In this document: piece after piece, positions 16,777 through 25,399 of the stretch
How the letters are laid out: the number at the start of each line of letters is the position of its first letter
How positions within the stretch are numbered: position 1 is the stretch's first letter
Source: Thermoanaerobaculia bacterium
Lineage (GTDB): Bacteria > Acidobacteriota > Thermoanaerobaculia > Multivoradales > Multivoraceae
Direction of reading: 5' to 3'
Assembly (NCBI GenBank): GCA_028285365.1
Contig: JANQPS010001277.1
Location: 1 to 43,632 of the forward strand
Length of the DNA: 43,632 nt
Notes under the pieces: generated by a model
What the model saw: the letters and a program-made list of their open reading frames with translations, nothing else
Told to the model about the DNA's origin: nothing
The model's database searches: none
Program-made: the position numbers and the translations under genes

Positions 16777-17829
16777 TCACCAGCGGTAGATCTCGGCCGA
16801 ATCACCCGCGAGCTCGAACCCCACCGCCCCGTAGGGGCTTTCCGTTACACCAACAGACAGTTTCCCGGTGACCCACAATGGATCCCAGCCCCACGGGTCG
16901 ATGGGCTTGGCGCCCTTCTTCAGGCGCACGTGAACCATCTGGTTGGGCGGGGGCGTCGGTTCGTGAATGCAGGCGCCTAGCCAAGGCGCAAGCAGAAACT
17001 CCATCCCGTCTTCGTCGAGGGGAACGACGTAGCCGGGGATCTTGACCGTCTCGTCGACCACCTCGGTCAACTCGGGGCCCGTCTTACCTGTCGCCACGTC
17101 GAGCTGGGCGAGGATGTCCCAACCCACCTTCTTCACCCCGTCCTCGGACTCCTCGATCGCCGGCGCCATGGCCATGGCTGATGACGGCAACGAGCGTGGT
17201 CCGACGTAGAAGTAGAGAACCGCAGTCAGGCATGAGACAACGAGGAGCGAGTCCGCGATTCGACGCACCGTAGCTCGGGGCGGAGCGGGCTCAGCTAGCT
17301 GGCAGGTATCCATCGATACTCTCCTCCAGTGTCCAGTGATCATGAGAAGACCACCTACGACCGGAATGACTTCACTCGTCGCGTAGAGGCTCTCGAGAAT
17401 GCGACCCGTGACCAGTAGGAACAACCCACCGACAAGGATCAATTCCGACCACTCTACCCTCGAATCGGTCGCCGTGGCATGAGAGCCGCCACGTCGAACG
17501 CTGAGCACGACCAGGAGTGCGGAGCCAGAGATAGCCAACCAACGCCAGCGCGGATCGAACCAGGAGGTGCCACCCGACAATGCCATCAGTGCCGGAAGAG
17601 CGAGCAGCACGGCACAGTGTAGTGTGCACACCGCCGCCGCGAGGACGCCCAGCCGGTCAATCCATCGGGGTCCCAGAACCGGCGAGATCGTGTGAAAATC
17701 GAACTGCTGCCGTTCCGCCCCCAAGGGAGTTCGTCGAGAAGGTCCAGCATCTGCTTCGACCAGACGAGCTACCGCCGATCCGTCCGACTGGCTATCCAAG
17801 TCGTGGCCGGCAAAAAGGACCCTTGACAT
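16777..17829 (-). CDS. Fusion: MerC-like 4-TM domain + extra TM + periplasmic DUF3299 domain
   Basis: 350 aa. MerC-like first helix IDRLGVLAAAVCTLHCAVLLALPALMAL and later ITGHWRR. C-terminal DUF3299 signature VKIPGYVVPLDEDGMEFLLAPWLGACIHEPTPPPNQMVHV...SPYGAVGFEL. Confidence 0.75.
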   Translation of the reverse strand: MSRVLFAGHDLDSQSDGSAVARLVEADAGPSRRTPLGAERQQFDFHTISPVLGPRWIDRLGVLAAAVCTLHCAVLLALPALMALSGGTSWFDPRWRWLAISGSALLVVLSVRRGGSHATATDSRVEWSELILVGGLFLLVTGRILESLYATSEVIPVVGGLLMITGHWRRVSMDTCQLAEPAPPRATVRRIADSLLVVSCLTAVLYFYVGPRSLPSSAMAMAPAIEESEDGVKKVGWDILAQLDVATGKTGPELTEVVDETVKIPGYVVPLDEDGMEFLLAPWLGACIHEPTPPPNQMVHVRLKKGAKPIDPWGWDPLWVTGKLSVGVTESPYGAVGFELAGDSAEIYRW

Positions 17830-17833
17830 GCCC

Positions 17834-17870
17834 TTAATGATAATGAATTCTCAATTACAAGTCAATTACT
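17834..17870. promoter_or_regulatory. AT-rich Fur/Zur-box-like operator in an 87-bp divergent promoter region
   Basis: TTAATGATAATGAATTCTCAATTACAAGTCAATTACT is the only strongly AT-rich island I saw in the window. TAATGATAAT (17835-17844) matches positions 3-12 of the classical Fur box GATAATGATAATCATTATC (about 12/19 overall). Direct repeat TCAATTAC at 17851-17858 and 17862-17869. Located between divergent genes 16777-17829 (-) and 17917-18630 (+). Confidence 0.5.
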
Positions 17871-17916
17871 TCCAAGTCGAGAATCACCGTGACAAACGCT
17901 GCAACGAGAGCCTTCC

Positions 17917-18630
17917 ATGACGGCCGATAACGGAGACACAGCGGTCATCGAGGTCCGCGACCTCAAGTTCCACTACGGCCGCAAAGCAGGTGCGTCGTTG
18001 GTCCTCGACATCGAAGAGTTCCTCCTGAAGAAGGGCGAACGCATGTTCGTCTACGGTCCCAGCGGTTGCGGCAAGACCACGCTGCTCGGCGTGGTGGCTG
18101 GCGTACTCGAGCCGGTCGACGGCATCGTCCGAATCCTGGGTCAGGACCTCACCGAGCTGTCGGCCGCTCGCAGAGACACCTTCCGCGCCGACCACATCGG
18201 CTACATCTTCCAGATGTTCAACCTACTGCCCTACCTGAGCGTGCTCGACAACATCCTGCTGCCGGTTGCCATGAGCAAGGCCCGACGATCTCGCGTCGGT
18301 TCGCAAGCAAAAGCTGCCGCAACCACTCTGGCCGAGCACCTCGGTCTAGAGTCCCGTCTCGATGCCCTCGGCGGTGAGCTCAGCGTGGGTCAACAACAGC
18401 GAGTGGCCGCCGCTCGGGCTCTCATCGGTGGCCCCGAGCTGATCATTGCCGACGAGCCCACGTCGGCACTCGACACCGACCGGAGAACAGCATTCCTGGA
18501 GCTCCTCTTCGAAGAGTGCAACGCGGCAGGAGCGAGCCTCTTGTTCGTGAGCCATGACCGCACGCTCGAGTCGATGTTCGATCGTGTGCTGGAGCTCCCT
18601 GACATCAACCGAGTGAAGACCTTGGCATGA
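17917..18630 (+). CDS. ABC transporter ATP-binding protein, MacB/LolD-like (ZrgB / PA4064-like)
   Basis: 237 aa. Walker A GPSGCGKTT, Q-loop IFQMFNLLP, signature LSVGQQQRVAAARAL, Walker B LIIADEPTSALD, H-loop VSHD. Confidence 0.92.
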   Translation: MTADNGDTAVIEVRDLKFHYGRKAGASLVLDIEEFLLKKGERMFVYGPSGCGKTTLLGVVAGVLEPVDGIVRILGQDLTELSAARRDTFRADHIGYIFQMFNLLPYLSVLDNILLPVAMSKARRSRVGSQAKAAATTLAEHLGLESRLDALGGELSVGQQQRVAAARALIGGPELIIADEPTSALDTDRRTAFLELLFEECNAAGASLLFVSHDRTLESMFDRVLELPDINRVKTLA

Positions 18631-19910
18631 TCATCAGGCTCTCTCTTTCGTCTCTCAACAGCCGCCGGCTCGCGACAGCACTGACAGTGCTCTCGCTGGC
18701 GCTCTCCGTGGCTCTACTTCTCGGCGTCGAGCAGGTCCGCACCGGAGTCCGCGAGAGCTTCTCGAACACGATCAGCGGAACCGACCTCATCGTCGGCACT
18801 CGAGTGGGCCAACTGCAGCTGATCCTGTTCACCGTCTTTGGCATCGGCTCGACGCCCGCCAATATCTCGTACGACACTCTCGAGAAGTATCGCGAGCACC
18901 CGGCCGTCGAGTGGGCGGTACCGTTTTCGCTCGGTGACAGCCACCGAGGTTTCCGAGTCGTCGGCACGACGGAGGAGTACTTCGAGAAGTACCGCTACCG
19001 CCGGGATCGCGGCATCAGGCTTGCCGAAGGCACGGTCCCGAAACGCATACTCGATGCCACGGTCGGTCATCAAGTGGCGCGCGAGCTCGACTATCAGGTT
19101 GGTCAGAAGATCATCATCACCCACGGCATCTCCGGAGCGCCGGGGATCTCTGACCACGACGATTCGCCCTTTACGATCGTCGGCATCCTCGACCGGACTG
19201 CGACCCCCATCGACCGGACGGTGTACATCACCCTGGAGGGTATGGAGGCCATCCACGAGGACGGCCCCCCCACTCTGTCCACCGGCCCGCCGCCTACTGC
19301 AACGGCAGTGCAGGAACCGGCAAACCCGTCGGTCGAGGACAGGGCGGGTCCACCTGCCGAGTCCATCACCGCCTTTTTTGTCGGCGTCAAGTCTCGAATC
19401 GACACCCTCCGTCTGCAACGAGAGATCAACACCGACGAAAGCGAGCCTCTACAGGCGATCATTCCGGGGGTTGCGCTCGCGGAGCTCTGGCGTGGCATCG
19501 ACATGGCGGACACCGCCCTCAAAGCAGTCGTTGCTCTCGTCGTCCTCGTGGGCCTGCTGGGGATGCTGATCTCTCTGCTTTCGACGCTGAACGAGCGTCG
19601 GCGCGAAATGGCAATCCTTCGCGCACTCGGCGCACGACCGAAGATCATCGCCATTCTGCTGGTGATCGAGGCCGGATTGCTGAGTGTCGCCGGAGTCCTT
19701 CTGGGACTCCTCCTGAACTACGGACTGCTGGCCGGCGCGCAGCCGATCGTCGAGAGAGCGTTCGGACTGGCCCTACCAATCCGAGCGCCCAACCAGTTCG
19801 AGCTGATGGCGCTGCTCTTCGTCATCGTCGCCGGCGTCCTGGCCGGCCTGGTGCCCGCCTTTCGCGCCTACCGCAATGCGCTGTCCGACGGTCTGGCCAT
19901 GAAGGTCTGA
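18627..19910 (+). CDS. FtsX/MacB-type ABC permease with a periplasmic domain (ZrgC / PA4065-like)
   Basis: 427 aa. 4-nt ATGA overlap with the ATPase gene. N-terminal TM (LATALTVLSLALSVALLLGV), large periplasmic insert, and a C-terminal FtsX 3-TM bundle (RREMAILRALGARPKIIAILLVIEAGLL). Confidence 0.88.
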   Translation: MIIRLSLSSLNSRRLATALTVLSLALSVALLLGVEQVRTGVRESFSNTISGTDLIVGTRVGQLQLILFTVFGIGSTPANISYDTLEKYREHPAVEWAVPFSLGDSHRGFRVVGTTEEYFEKYRYRRDRGIRLAEGTVPKRILDATVGHQVARELDYQVGQKIIITHGISGAPGISDHDDSPFTIVGILDRTATPIDRTVYITLEGMEAIHEDGPPTLSTGPPPTATAVQEPANPSVEDRAGPPAESITAFFVGVKSRIDTLRLQREINTDESEPLQAIIPGVALAELWRGIDMADTALKAVVALVVLVGLLGMLISLLSTLNERRREMAILRALGARPKIIAILLVIEAGLLSVAGVLLGLLLNYGLLAGAQPIVERAFGLALPIRAPNQFELMALLFVIVAGVLAGLVPAFRAYRNALSDGLAMKV

Positions 19911-19931
19911 CCGCATGTCCGCGGTCGGCGC

Positions 19932-20465
19932 CTACCAGTCTTCGTCTTCAGCCAGTCCGTCGGCGAACTTGACGCTCGCCTGGGCCTTCATCGAAAACCC
20001 GACCGCGCCCCAAGGACTGTCGTTGTCGGTAACGCTCAGAACCCCGACCGCCCATATGGGCCCTTGCGTCCACAGGTCGAACTCGACTTCGACCCCTTCC
20101 TCCATCTCTACCAGGATCATCTGGTTCGGCGCGGGAGGCGGCAGGTGGACACAAGCTCCGAAGTTGGGAACGAGTAAGAACGTAGACACCTTGCTCAGCG
20201 AGTCCTCGAACGGCACGATGAAACCTGCAATCCTCACGACAGGGCCCAGCAGAGTGTCCAGAGTCGGCGACACCGCACCGGTGGAGAGATTGAGATCCGC
20301 CAGATCGCGCCAGTCGGCCCGCGGCAGATTGCCGGGCCACTCGGATCCGCCCGAGCAAGACATCATGAGCGCAGCGATGCACAAGACGAGCGCTGCGCAG
20401 CGTCGTCGCGGCCTGAGGCCGCAAAACGCTCGCGAAGAGCTGTCTTTAGATCTGAGGAACGTCAT
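19932..20465 (-). CDS. DUF3299 lipoprotein (ZrgD / PA4066-like)
   Basis: Trimmed from the 364-aa ORF to ATG 20465 (MTFLRSK...CAALVLCIAALMMSCSGG; lipobox MMSC), giving 177 aa. DUF3299 signature VRIAGFIVPFED..FLLVPNFGACVHLPPPAPNQMILV..SPWGAVGFSM. The longer ORF would overlap the Fur-family gene on the other strand. Confidence 0.85.
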   Translation of the reverse strand: MTFLRSKDSSSRAFCGLRPRRRCAALVLCIAALMMSCSGGSEWPGNLPRADWRDLADLNLSTGAVSPTLDTLLGPVVRIAGFIVPFEDSLSKVSTFLLVPNFGACVHLPPPAPNQMILVEMEEGVEVEFDLWTQGPIWAVGVLSVTDNDSPWGAVGFSMKAQASVKFADGLAEDEDW

Positions 20466-20693
20466 CTCACAGGCACCACACATGGTCAGGCATGTAGGAA
20501 TCTGTCCGGACCACGAACAGAAACCACTCGAACTCAGCTCCACTGTTGAGGATACACCCAATCGTTTCGGTGCGAGAGCTCGAGAGTGCGACGCACCAAC
20601 GCGTCCTTCGAGGGTAACCATCAACGGGCGTGACAACCTTCCCGAAGAGTGAGCAACCGAACCCGAGCCGCAGAAAGACAAGGCTAGAAATCG

Positions 20694-21107
20694 ATGGCGA
20701 TCCGAAAAACAAGGCAGCGCGCTGCGATCCGCGAAGCTCTCGAGCGAGCGCACCGGCCCATGAGTCCACAGGAGCTTCTCGAGGCTGCCCGGAACGACGC
20801 GCCGTCGCTGAGTATTGCCACCGTCTACAGAGCGCTGCGTGACCTCGAAGACTCCGGATTCCTGCGTTCGGTTTCCATTCCGCACCAGTCGCCACTCTAC
20901 GAGCGGGCGGGAACCGGACATCACCACCACTTCTGCTGCCAGCACTGCGATCGGGTCTTTGACATCCACGCTTGTCCGGCAGGCCTCGAAGACCTGGCTC
21001 CGGCGGGCTTCGTCGTAGAGAGTCACGACATCGTGCTCTACGGATGTTGTGCCACGTGCAGGCTCGACGAGACGGCCGAAGACTCAGCGGAGCCTTCTCC
21101 GTCGTAG
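20694..21107 (+). CDS. Fur-family metalloregulator (Zur-like candidate) #1
   Basis: 137 aa. Winged-helix N-domain (RKTRQRAAIREALERAHRPMSPQELL..SIATVYRALRDLEDSGFL), metal sites GHHHHFCCQHCDRVF and CCATC. Confidence 0.88.
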   Translation: MAIRKTRQRAAIREALERAHRPMSPQELLEAARNDAPSLSIATVYRALRDLEDSGFLRSVSIPHQSPLYERAGTGHHHHFCCQHCDRVFDIHACPAGLEDLAPAGFVVESHDIVLYGCCATCRLDETAEDSAEPSPS

Positions 21108-21344
21108 TGTCCTGCGGGGGAAGTTCGTTGACACAAGAGGGTGCCGAGTCGCCCGCCGATCGAGGCGCCTTGACGCAGGCATATCGGGAAGGTGCCAAGG
21201 AGAGGTAACGCTGAGCAGCGGGATGAATCGACGCTCGAACATGAACGCATTTCCCGCGCAGGACACTCGGACCAAGTCCCTCGTTCGCCAGCCGCAGCCT
21301 CACCACGTGGCTCCAAGCGCGAAGTCCACTGGCAGTCGAGCAGC

Positions 21345-23960
21345 TCAATTCGGCTCCTCGATAACCGACGATCTTCCGCCCGCAGTCTCGAACTCGATCC
21401 TGACCTGGAGCTGCGCTACGGAGTCACGGTAGTACTGCTGGGCCTCGTCGCGACGACCGAGATGGTGGAGGATCGCACCCTTGTGGTAGCTCAGACCGGC
21501 CGACACGAAGCCACGCGCGGTGGCGTCGAGCCGGCTGAGATAGGGATCCTTCTCCGGCGGCGTTGCCGCGAAGAGCTGATCGAAGAAATCGATCAGCTCG
21601 AGACCGGTGAACCACTCTGCTCGGCCGGCGCGAGCGTTGCGATGACTGATCGGAGCCTGGTACTCGATCACCGGCCTGTCGTCAGTGTGGATCTGCCCGT
21701 TTGGCACGAGCTCCCGGCTCTCGCCCAGGTTGCCAGCGTAGAACGGCAGAGTCACGGCCAGGAAGACGGCCGGATCGAGGCGGGAGTCTCCTCTCAGGTG
21801 GCGACCGTTGCGCCCGATCACGGCCGGATCCAACGGTGCGAGGTCCGCTGAACCGACCAGAGCGAGAATCGGCGTGTTGGCGTAGAAGTCACCGCGCCAC
21901 ACGTGGACCTGGGGAAAGACCTCGAGGAAGCTGCGGACGATCGTCCAGAACTCGGTGTCCGTCACCTGGTACAGGGGAATCCACTGAACGTAGACGCCGC
22001 CCGGCGCCAGCCGGGACAGCGCCGTCTCGTAGTGGTCACGACTGTAGAGGTTGCCGACGCCGGCCCGCCAGGGAATGAACAGGTCGGCAAGGATCGCATC
22101 GTACCTGTCATCGCGTCCGCGAAGCTCGTTGCGACCGTCTCGCGCCAGAACACGAGCACGAGGGTCGGTGAAGAGCCCGGAAGCCTCCTGGTTGAAGAAC
22201 TCCGCGGCGGCGGTCACGACCTCCGGCACGAGCTCCGTAACCGTTACTTCCCGGCTCGGTAGCCGCAGAGCAGCGCCGGCGGTGATCCCGGTTCCCATGC
22301 CGAGGAAGAAGACCCTCTCGGGCGAGGGGTGTGGCATGAGCGGAATCAGCGTCTGGTTCTGCTCGTGCTCGATGACGGCGGAGCTGCCCAGCGCATAGAA
22401 GTTGTTGATCTTGATGCGCCGCGACCCCTCTCGCTCGATGACCGCGACATAACCATCCGGACCCTCCCACGACGCGAGGAGGCGTTCAGTGTCGTCATTC
22501 AGACGAACGCCCGGCAGCGCCGACGGGTTCGCCACGGTGATGGCCGCGACGAGCCCTGCGACCGGCAGGAGCACCGTGAGTCGGGAGGTCCCGATGGCCA
22601 CCCAGGCGGCCAGCACGAAGTAGAGGATGGCCACGACGAGCAGACTGGTCCAGAGACCGAAGGCGCCCAGCAACACGAAACCCGCCACGAGCGCGCCGAC
22701 GATCGATCCGGCGGTATTGAGTGCCGAGAGTCGCCCCACGACCCGGCCTGGCTCTCCGCTGCGCTCGGTGACGCGGAGAAGATAGGGAAAGACAGTGCCG
22801 ATGGCCACGCCGGGAAGAAAGAGCACCAGGACAGCGGCGCCGAAGACCGAGGCGAGGTATTGCGTCCACTGTTCGCCGGCGCCCAGATAACGCATGCCGT
22901 CGGTCAGCTCGTAGAACAGAAACGGGCTGGCCAGAGTACCCAGCCCTGCCACCGCGATCAGGCACGCAAGCGCGGTCCACGGTCCGACACGGGCTTGCGC
23001 CACCCGCCGGGCGACAAAGGCACCAGTCGAGAGTGCTGCGAGGAATGTCACCAGGATGATCGAGAAGGTGTAGACCGAGTTCTGCAGTACCTGTTGGAAC
23101 ATCCGCGTCCACAGAACCTCCAACCCCAGGGCCAAGGCGCCGGAGGCCACTGCACAGACGACGAGCTTTGGCTGCACCAGCGAGACGACATCTTCCTGAC
23201 TCGCGCTCGTCTCTTTCTCGGACGAGGTCCTCTGCGCCTGCGACGCACAGGCTCCTCTCTCGGGGATCCGGCGCATCCCGATCGTCCAGGCGACGACGCC
23301 GATGAGCAACGACGCGACGACCGCGACCATGTAGGTGGAACGAAAGCCGATCTGCGACGGGAGCCAGAAGCCCGCGGCGAGCGCACCTGCAGCGGCACCC
23401 AGCGTGTTGACCCCGTAGAGCAGGGTCCCTGTGCGACCCAGCGAGTTCGCGACCACCGCGTACTGAGACATCAGCGGTAGGGTCCCGCCCATGAGGATTG
23501 CGGGCGGCAAGAGCACGCCCGAGGCAAGAACGAGCTTCGCAGCGAGCAGGACCGCGGGCCGCTCACCCATGGCTTCGTAGAGGGGTGAGTAGGCGGCCGC
23601 GTAGAGCGCCATCAGGCTGAAGTAGAGCACCCCCGAGACCCCGACGCCGATCTCCAGCAGGCCGTACTCGACGAGCGGCCGCTGGAGGCGCGGTGCGCGC
23701 CGGCTCCAAACGGCGCCGCCGATCGCGAGGCCGGCGAAGAAGACTGCAAGCGTTCCAGAAGTCGCCTGAGCAGAACTCCCGAAGAGAAGATTCAGCTCTC
23801 GCATCCAGAGGACCTGATACACCAGGCTGGCAAAGCCGGAAACGAAGAGCAGACTGAGCAACACGCGCAGGGGCGCCCGCGTCGGGACAGCGGTCTCGCG
23901 GCTCGGGTGCGATGCCTTGGCCGTGGCCGCCGACATCATGCTGAGGCCACCTCGTAGCAT
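21345..23960 (-). CDS. Fused MFS-like polytopic membrane domain + spermidine-synthase-like (aminopropyl/methyl-transferase fold) domain + C-terminal TPR-like tail
   Basis: 871 aa. About 500 aa of hydrophobic helices. Rossmann motif VFFLGMGTGITAGAAL with acidic DRYDAILADLF. Tail GAILHHLGRRDEAQQYYRDSV. Start ambiguous (ATG 23960, 23939 or 23936). Confidence 0.8.
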   Translation of the reverse strand: MLRGGLSMMSAATAKASHPSRETAVPTRAPLRVLLSLLFVSGFASLVYQVLWMRELNLLFGSSAQATSGTLAVFFAGLAIGGAVWSRRAPRLQRPLVEYGLLEIGVGVSGVLYFSLMALYAAAYSPLYEAMGERPAVLLAAKLVLASGVLLPPAILMGGTLPLMSQYAVVANSLGRTGTLLYGVNTLGAAAGALAAGFWLPSQIGFRSTYMVAVVASLLIGVVAWTIGMRRIPERGACASQAQRTSSEKETSASQEDVVSLVQPKLVVCAVASGALALGLEVLWTRMFQQVLQNSVYTFSIILVTFLAALSTGAFVARRVAQARVGPWTALACLIAVAGLGTLASPFLFYELTDGMRYLGAGEQWTQYLASVFGAAVLVLFLPGVAIGTVFPYLLRVTERSGEPGRVVGRLSALNTAGSIVGALVAGFVLLGAFGLWTSLLVVAILYFVLAAWVAIGTSRLTVLLPVAGLVAAITVANPSALPGVRLNDDTERLLASWEGPDGYVAVIEREGSRRIKINNFYALGSSAVIEHEQNQTLIPLMPHPSPERVFFLGMGTGITAGAALRLPSREVTVTELVPEVVTAAAEFFNQEASGLFTDPRARVLARDGRNELRGRDDRYDAILADLFIPWRAGVGNLYSRDHYETALSRLAPGGVYVQWIPLYQVTDTEFWTIVRSFLEVFPQVHVWRGDFYANTPILALVGSADLAPLDPAVIGRNGRHLRGDSRLDPAVFLAVTLPFYAGNLGESRELVPNGQIHTDDRPVIEYQAPISHRNARAGRAEWFTGLELIDFFDQLFAATPPEKDPYLSRLDATARGFVSAGLSYHKGAILHHLGRRDEAQQYYRDSVAQLQVRIEFETAGGRSSVIEEPN

Positions 23961-24053
23961 CCGGCCTGGCTCCGCACACGCGGTCTTCGCCGACGTTCGT
24001 GGGCTGGCCGTCTCCCACGGCCTATGACGAGCCGGCCCTGTGTCACCTGAACC

Positions 24054-24284
24054 TCAATCAGGAGGGCTCGCAAGCGAGGCGATATTGGCCAGCAGCCACG
24101 CGCTCGCAGCACACAGCTGCAACCAATCTCCAGTGGAGCTGATCCCGTAGAACAGCATGCTCGTCATCCAGCACAAGCTGGCGACCGTCTGGCCGAGCCA
24201 CTCCAGGCGCAGCGCGCGCGCGATCCAGCTTCCCTTCGGGGTCACCGAGGCCGCGCCGTCGCTTCCGTCGATCAGCATGCGCAT
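24054..24284 (-). CDS. Small (~76 aa) two-helix membrane protein, unknown function
   Basis: ATG 24284 or 24278 overlaps the stop (24272-24274) of the upstream flavoprotein gene, suggesting translational coupling. Hydrophobic segments LGQTVASLCWMTSMLFYGI and WLQLCAASAWLLANIASL. No recognisable family. Confidence 0.4.
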   Translation of the reverse strand: MRMLIDGSDGAASVTPKGSWIARALRLEWLGQTVASLCWMTSMLFYGISSTGDWLQLCAASAWLLANIASLASPPD

Positions 24285-25399
24285 TCCTCTCCGCAGCACG
24301 AGAGGTCGTCCAGGTACATGCCCCACAGGCGATACCTCTCGAGCCCTTCCGCCGGCAGTCCCAGCGACGTCGCGATCGCCTTGGCGACCACTGCAAAGCG
24401 CTGTCGGTACTTGAAGATGAAACAGAAGATGAGGCTGTCGTGTCGGACAGCCGCACCGCAGAGGAAGATCCCCGGGGTGATCGTCGACTCGTCGTGCTCG
24501 TTGAGCAGCGGAAAGCCGTCGTCGCGCGCCTCGAAGAGATTGGCAATGAGCGGGTGACTTCCCTTGAAACCTCCAGCGAGCAGTGGGGGCACAGGTGTCT
24601 CAAAAGCGCGGCCGTCCAAGGTGACGACCTCGTACCCGGACTGCGAGCGACTGACCGCCGCGATGGGTGTGTCCGGGAACAGCCTCACGTGCTTGGCGAA
24701 CGCCTTCTCACGAGTGCGTTCGACCGAGTAGGTCGAGAGCGCCACGCTCGGATCGGAGCTTTCAGACTCCCAGGGATGATCTCGGTCGAAGAGTCGGACG
24801 CGTTTGCCGCGCTTGGCGAGGTGATAGGCCACGTCGATCCCGCTCTCGTAGCCGCCGATCACGATGAAGTCGTCACCATCCAGCTGGGCGTAGCTGGGAA
24901 TCGTGGCCGTGTGCTGACACAGCTTGCTGCCCACGAACCCATCGAGATTCGGGTACTGGAAATCGCCTCCCGCCCAGATGACGTGCCGGGCTCGCACCGT
25001 GCCGACAAGCGTTTCGATCGCAAACTCGTCGCCTTCACGGGCGATACGAGTCACGTCCATGTTCTCGCGAATCGGCACCTCGAAGTGCTCTGCGATCGCC
25101 TTGAGGAAAACCGCGTACTCGAGGCCCGTCGGATGCTCGACCTCCAGAGTGAACGCTGGTGAGGTTCCTATGGCGACAGAGTTCAGGTCGAGCATGCCAA
25201 CCGAGTTCGTAGGGAACGAGGGCGTGATGAAGCGCGTCTCGGCGGGCCACAGGGCGAAAGACGTGCCGACCGTGTGACGCTCGAGCACCACCATGTTCTC
25301 GATGCCCGCGTGGCCCAGAGCGATTGCAACGCCCACGCCCGCCGCACCGGCACCCACCACGACCACGTCGTAGAGGTGGTTCTGAGTCGACGTGCTCAT
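24272..25399 (-). CDS. FAD/NAD(P)-dependent oxidoreductase (Pyr_redox_3 / CzcO-TrkA-like flavoprotein) with a Cys-rich C-terminal tail
   Basis: 375 aa. [19 protein letters not shown] (FAD GxGxxG). Second dinucleotide fold [27 protein letters not shown]-terminus ...[18 protein letters not shown] overlap with the upstream COG0523 gene at 25396-25399. Confidence 0.82.
   Translation of the reverse strand: MSTSTQNHLYDVVVVGAGAAGVGVAIALGHAGIENMVVLERHTVGTSFALWPAETRFITPSFPTNSVGMLDLNSVAIGTSPAFTLEVEHPTGLEYAVFLKAIAEHFEVPIRENMDVTRIAREGDEFAIETLVGTVRARHVIWAGGDFQYPNLDGFVGSKLCQHTATIPSYAQLDGDDFIVIGGYESGIDVAYHLAKRGKRVRLFDRDHPWESESSDPSVALSTYSVERTREKAFAKHVRLFPDTPIAAVSRSQSGYEVVTLDGRAFETPVPPLLAGGFKGSHPLIANLFEARDDGFPLLNEHDESTITPGIFLCGAAVRHDSLIFCFIFKYRQRFAVVAKAIATSLGLPAEGLERYRLWGMYLDDLSCCGEECAC

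Noticed and set aside
21107-21266. 10-bp inverted repeat GTGTCCTGCG ... CGCAGGACAC flanking 140 bp between convergent genes
   Set aside because: A back-of-envelope estimate (window length x 150 / 4^10, before GC bias) predicts several such pairs by chance. The loop is too long for a terminator.
20467-21348. 293-aa minus-strand ORF, and the 364-aa version of ORF 19932-21026 extending across the Fur-family gene
   Set aside because: Both overlap a clear Fur-family CDS on the opposite strand. They are Arg/Ser/Pro/Ala-rich, as expected for spurious frames in GC-rich DNA. The DUF3299 protein has a proper lipoprotein start at ATG 20465.
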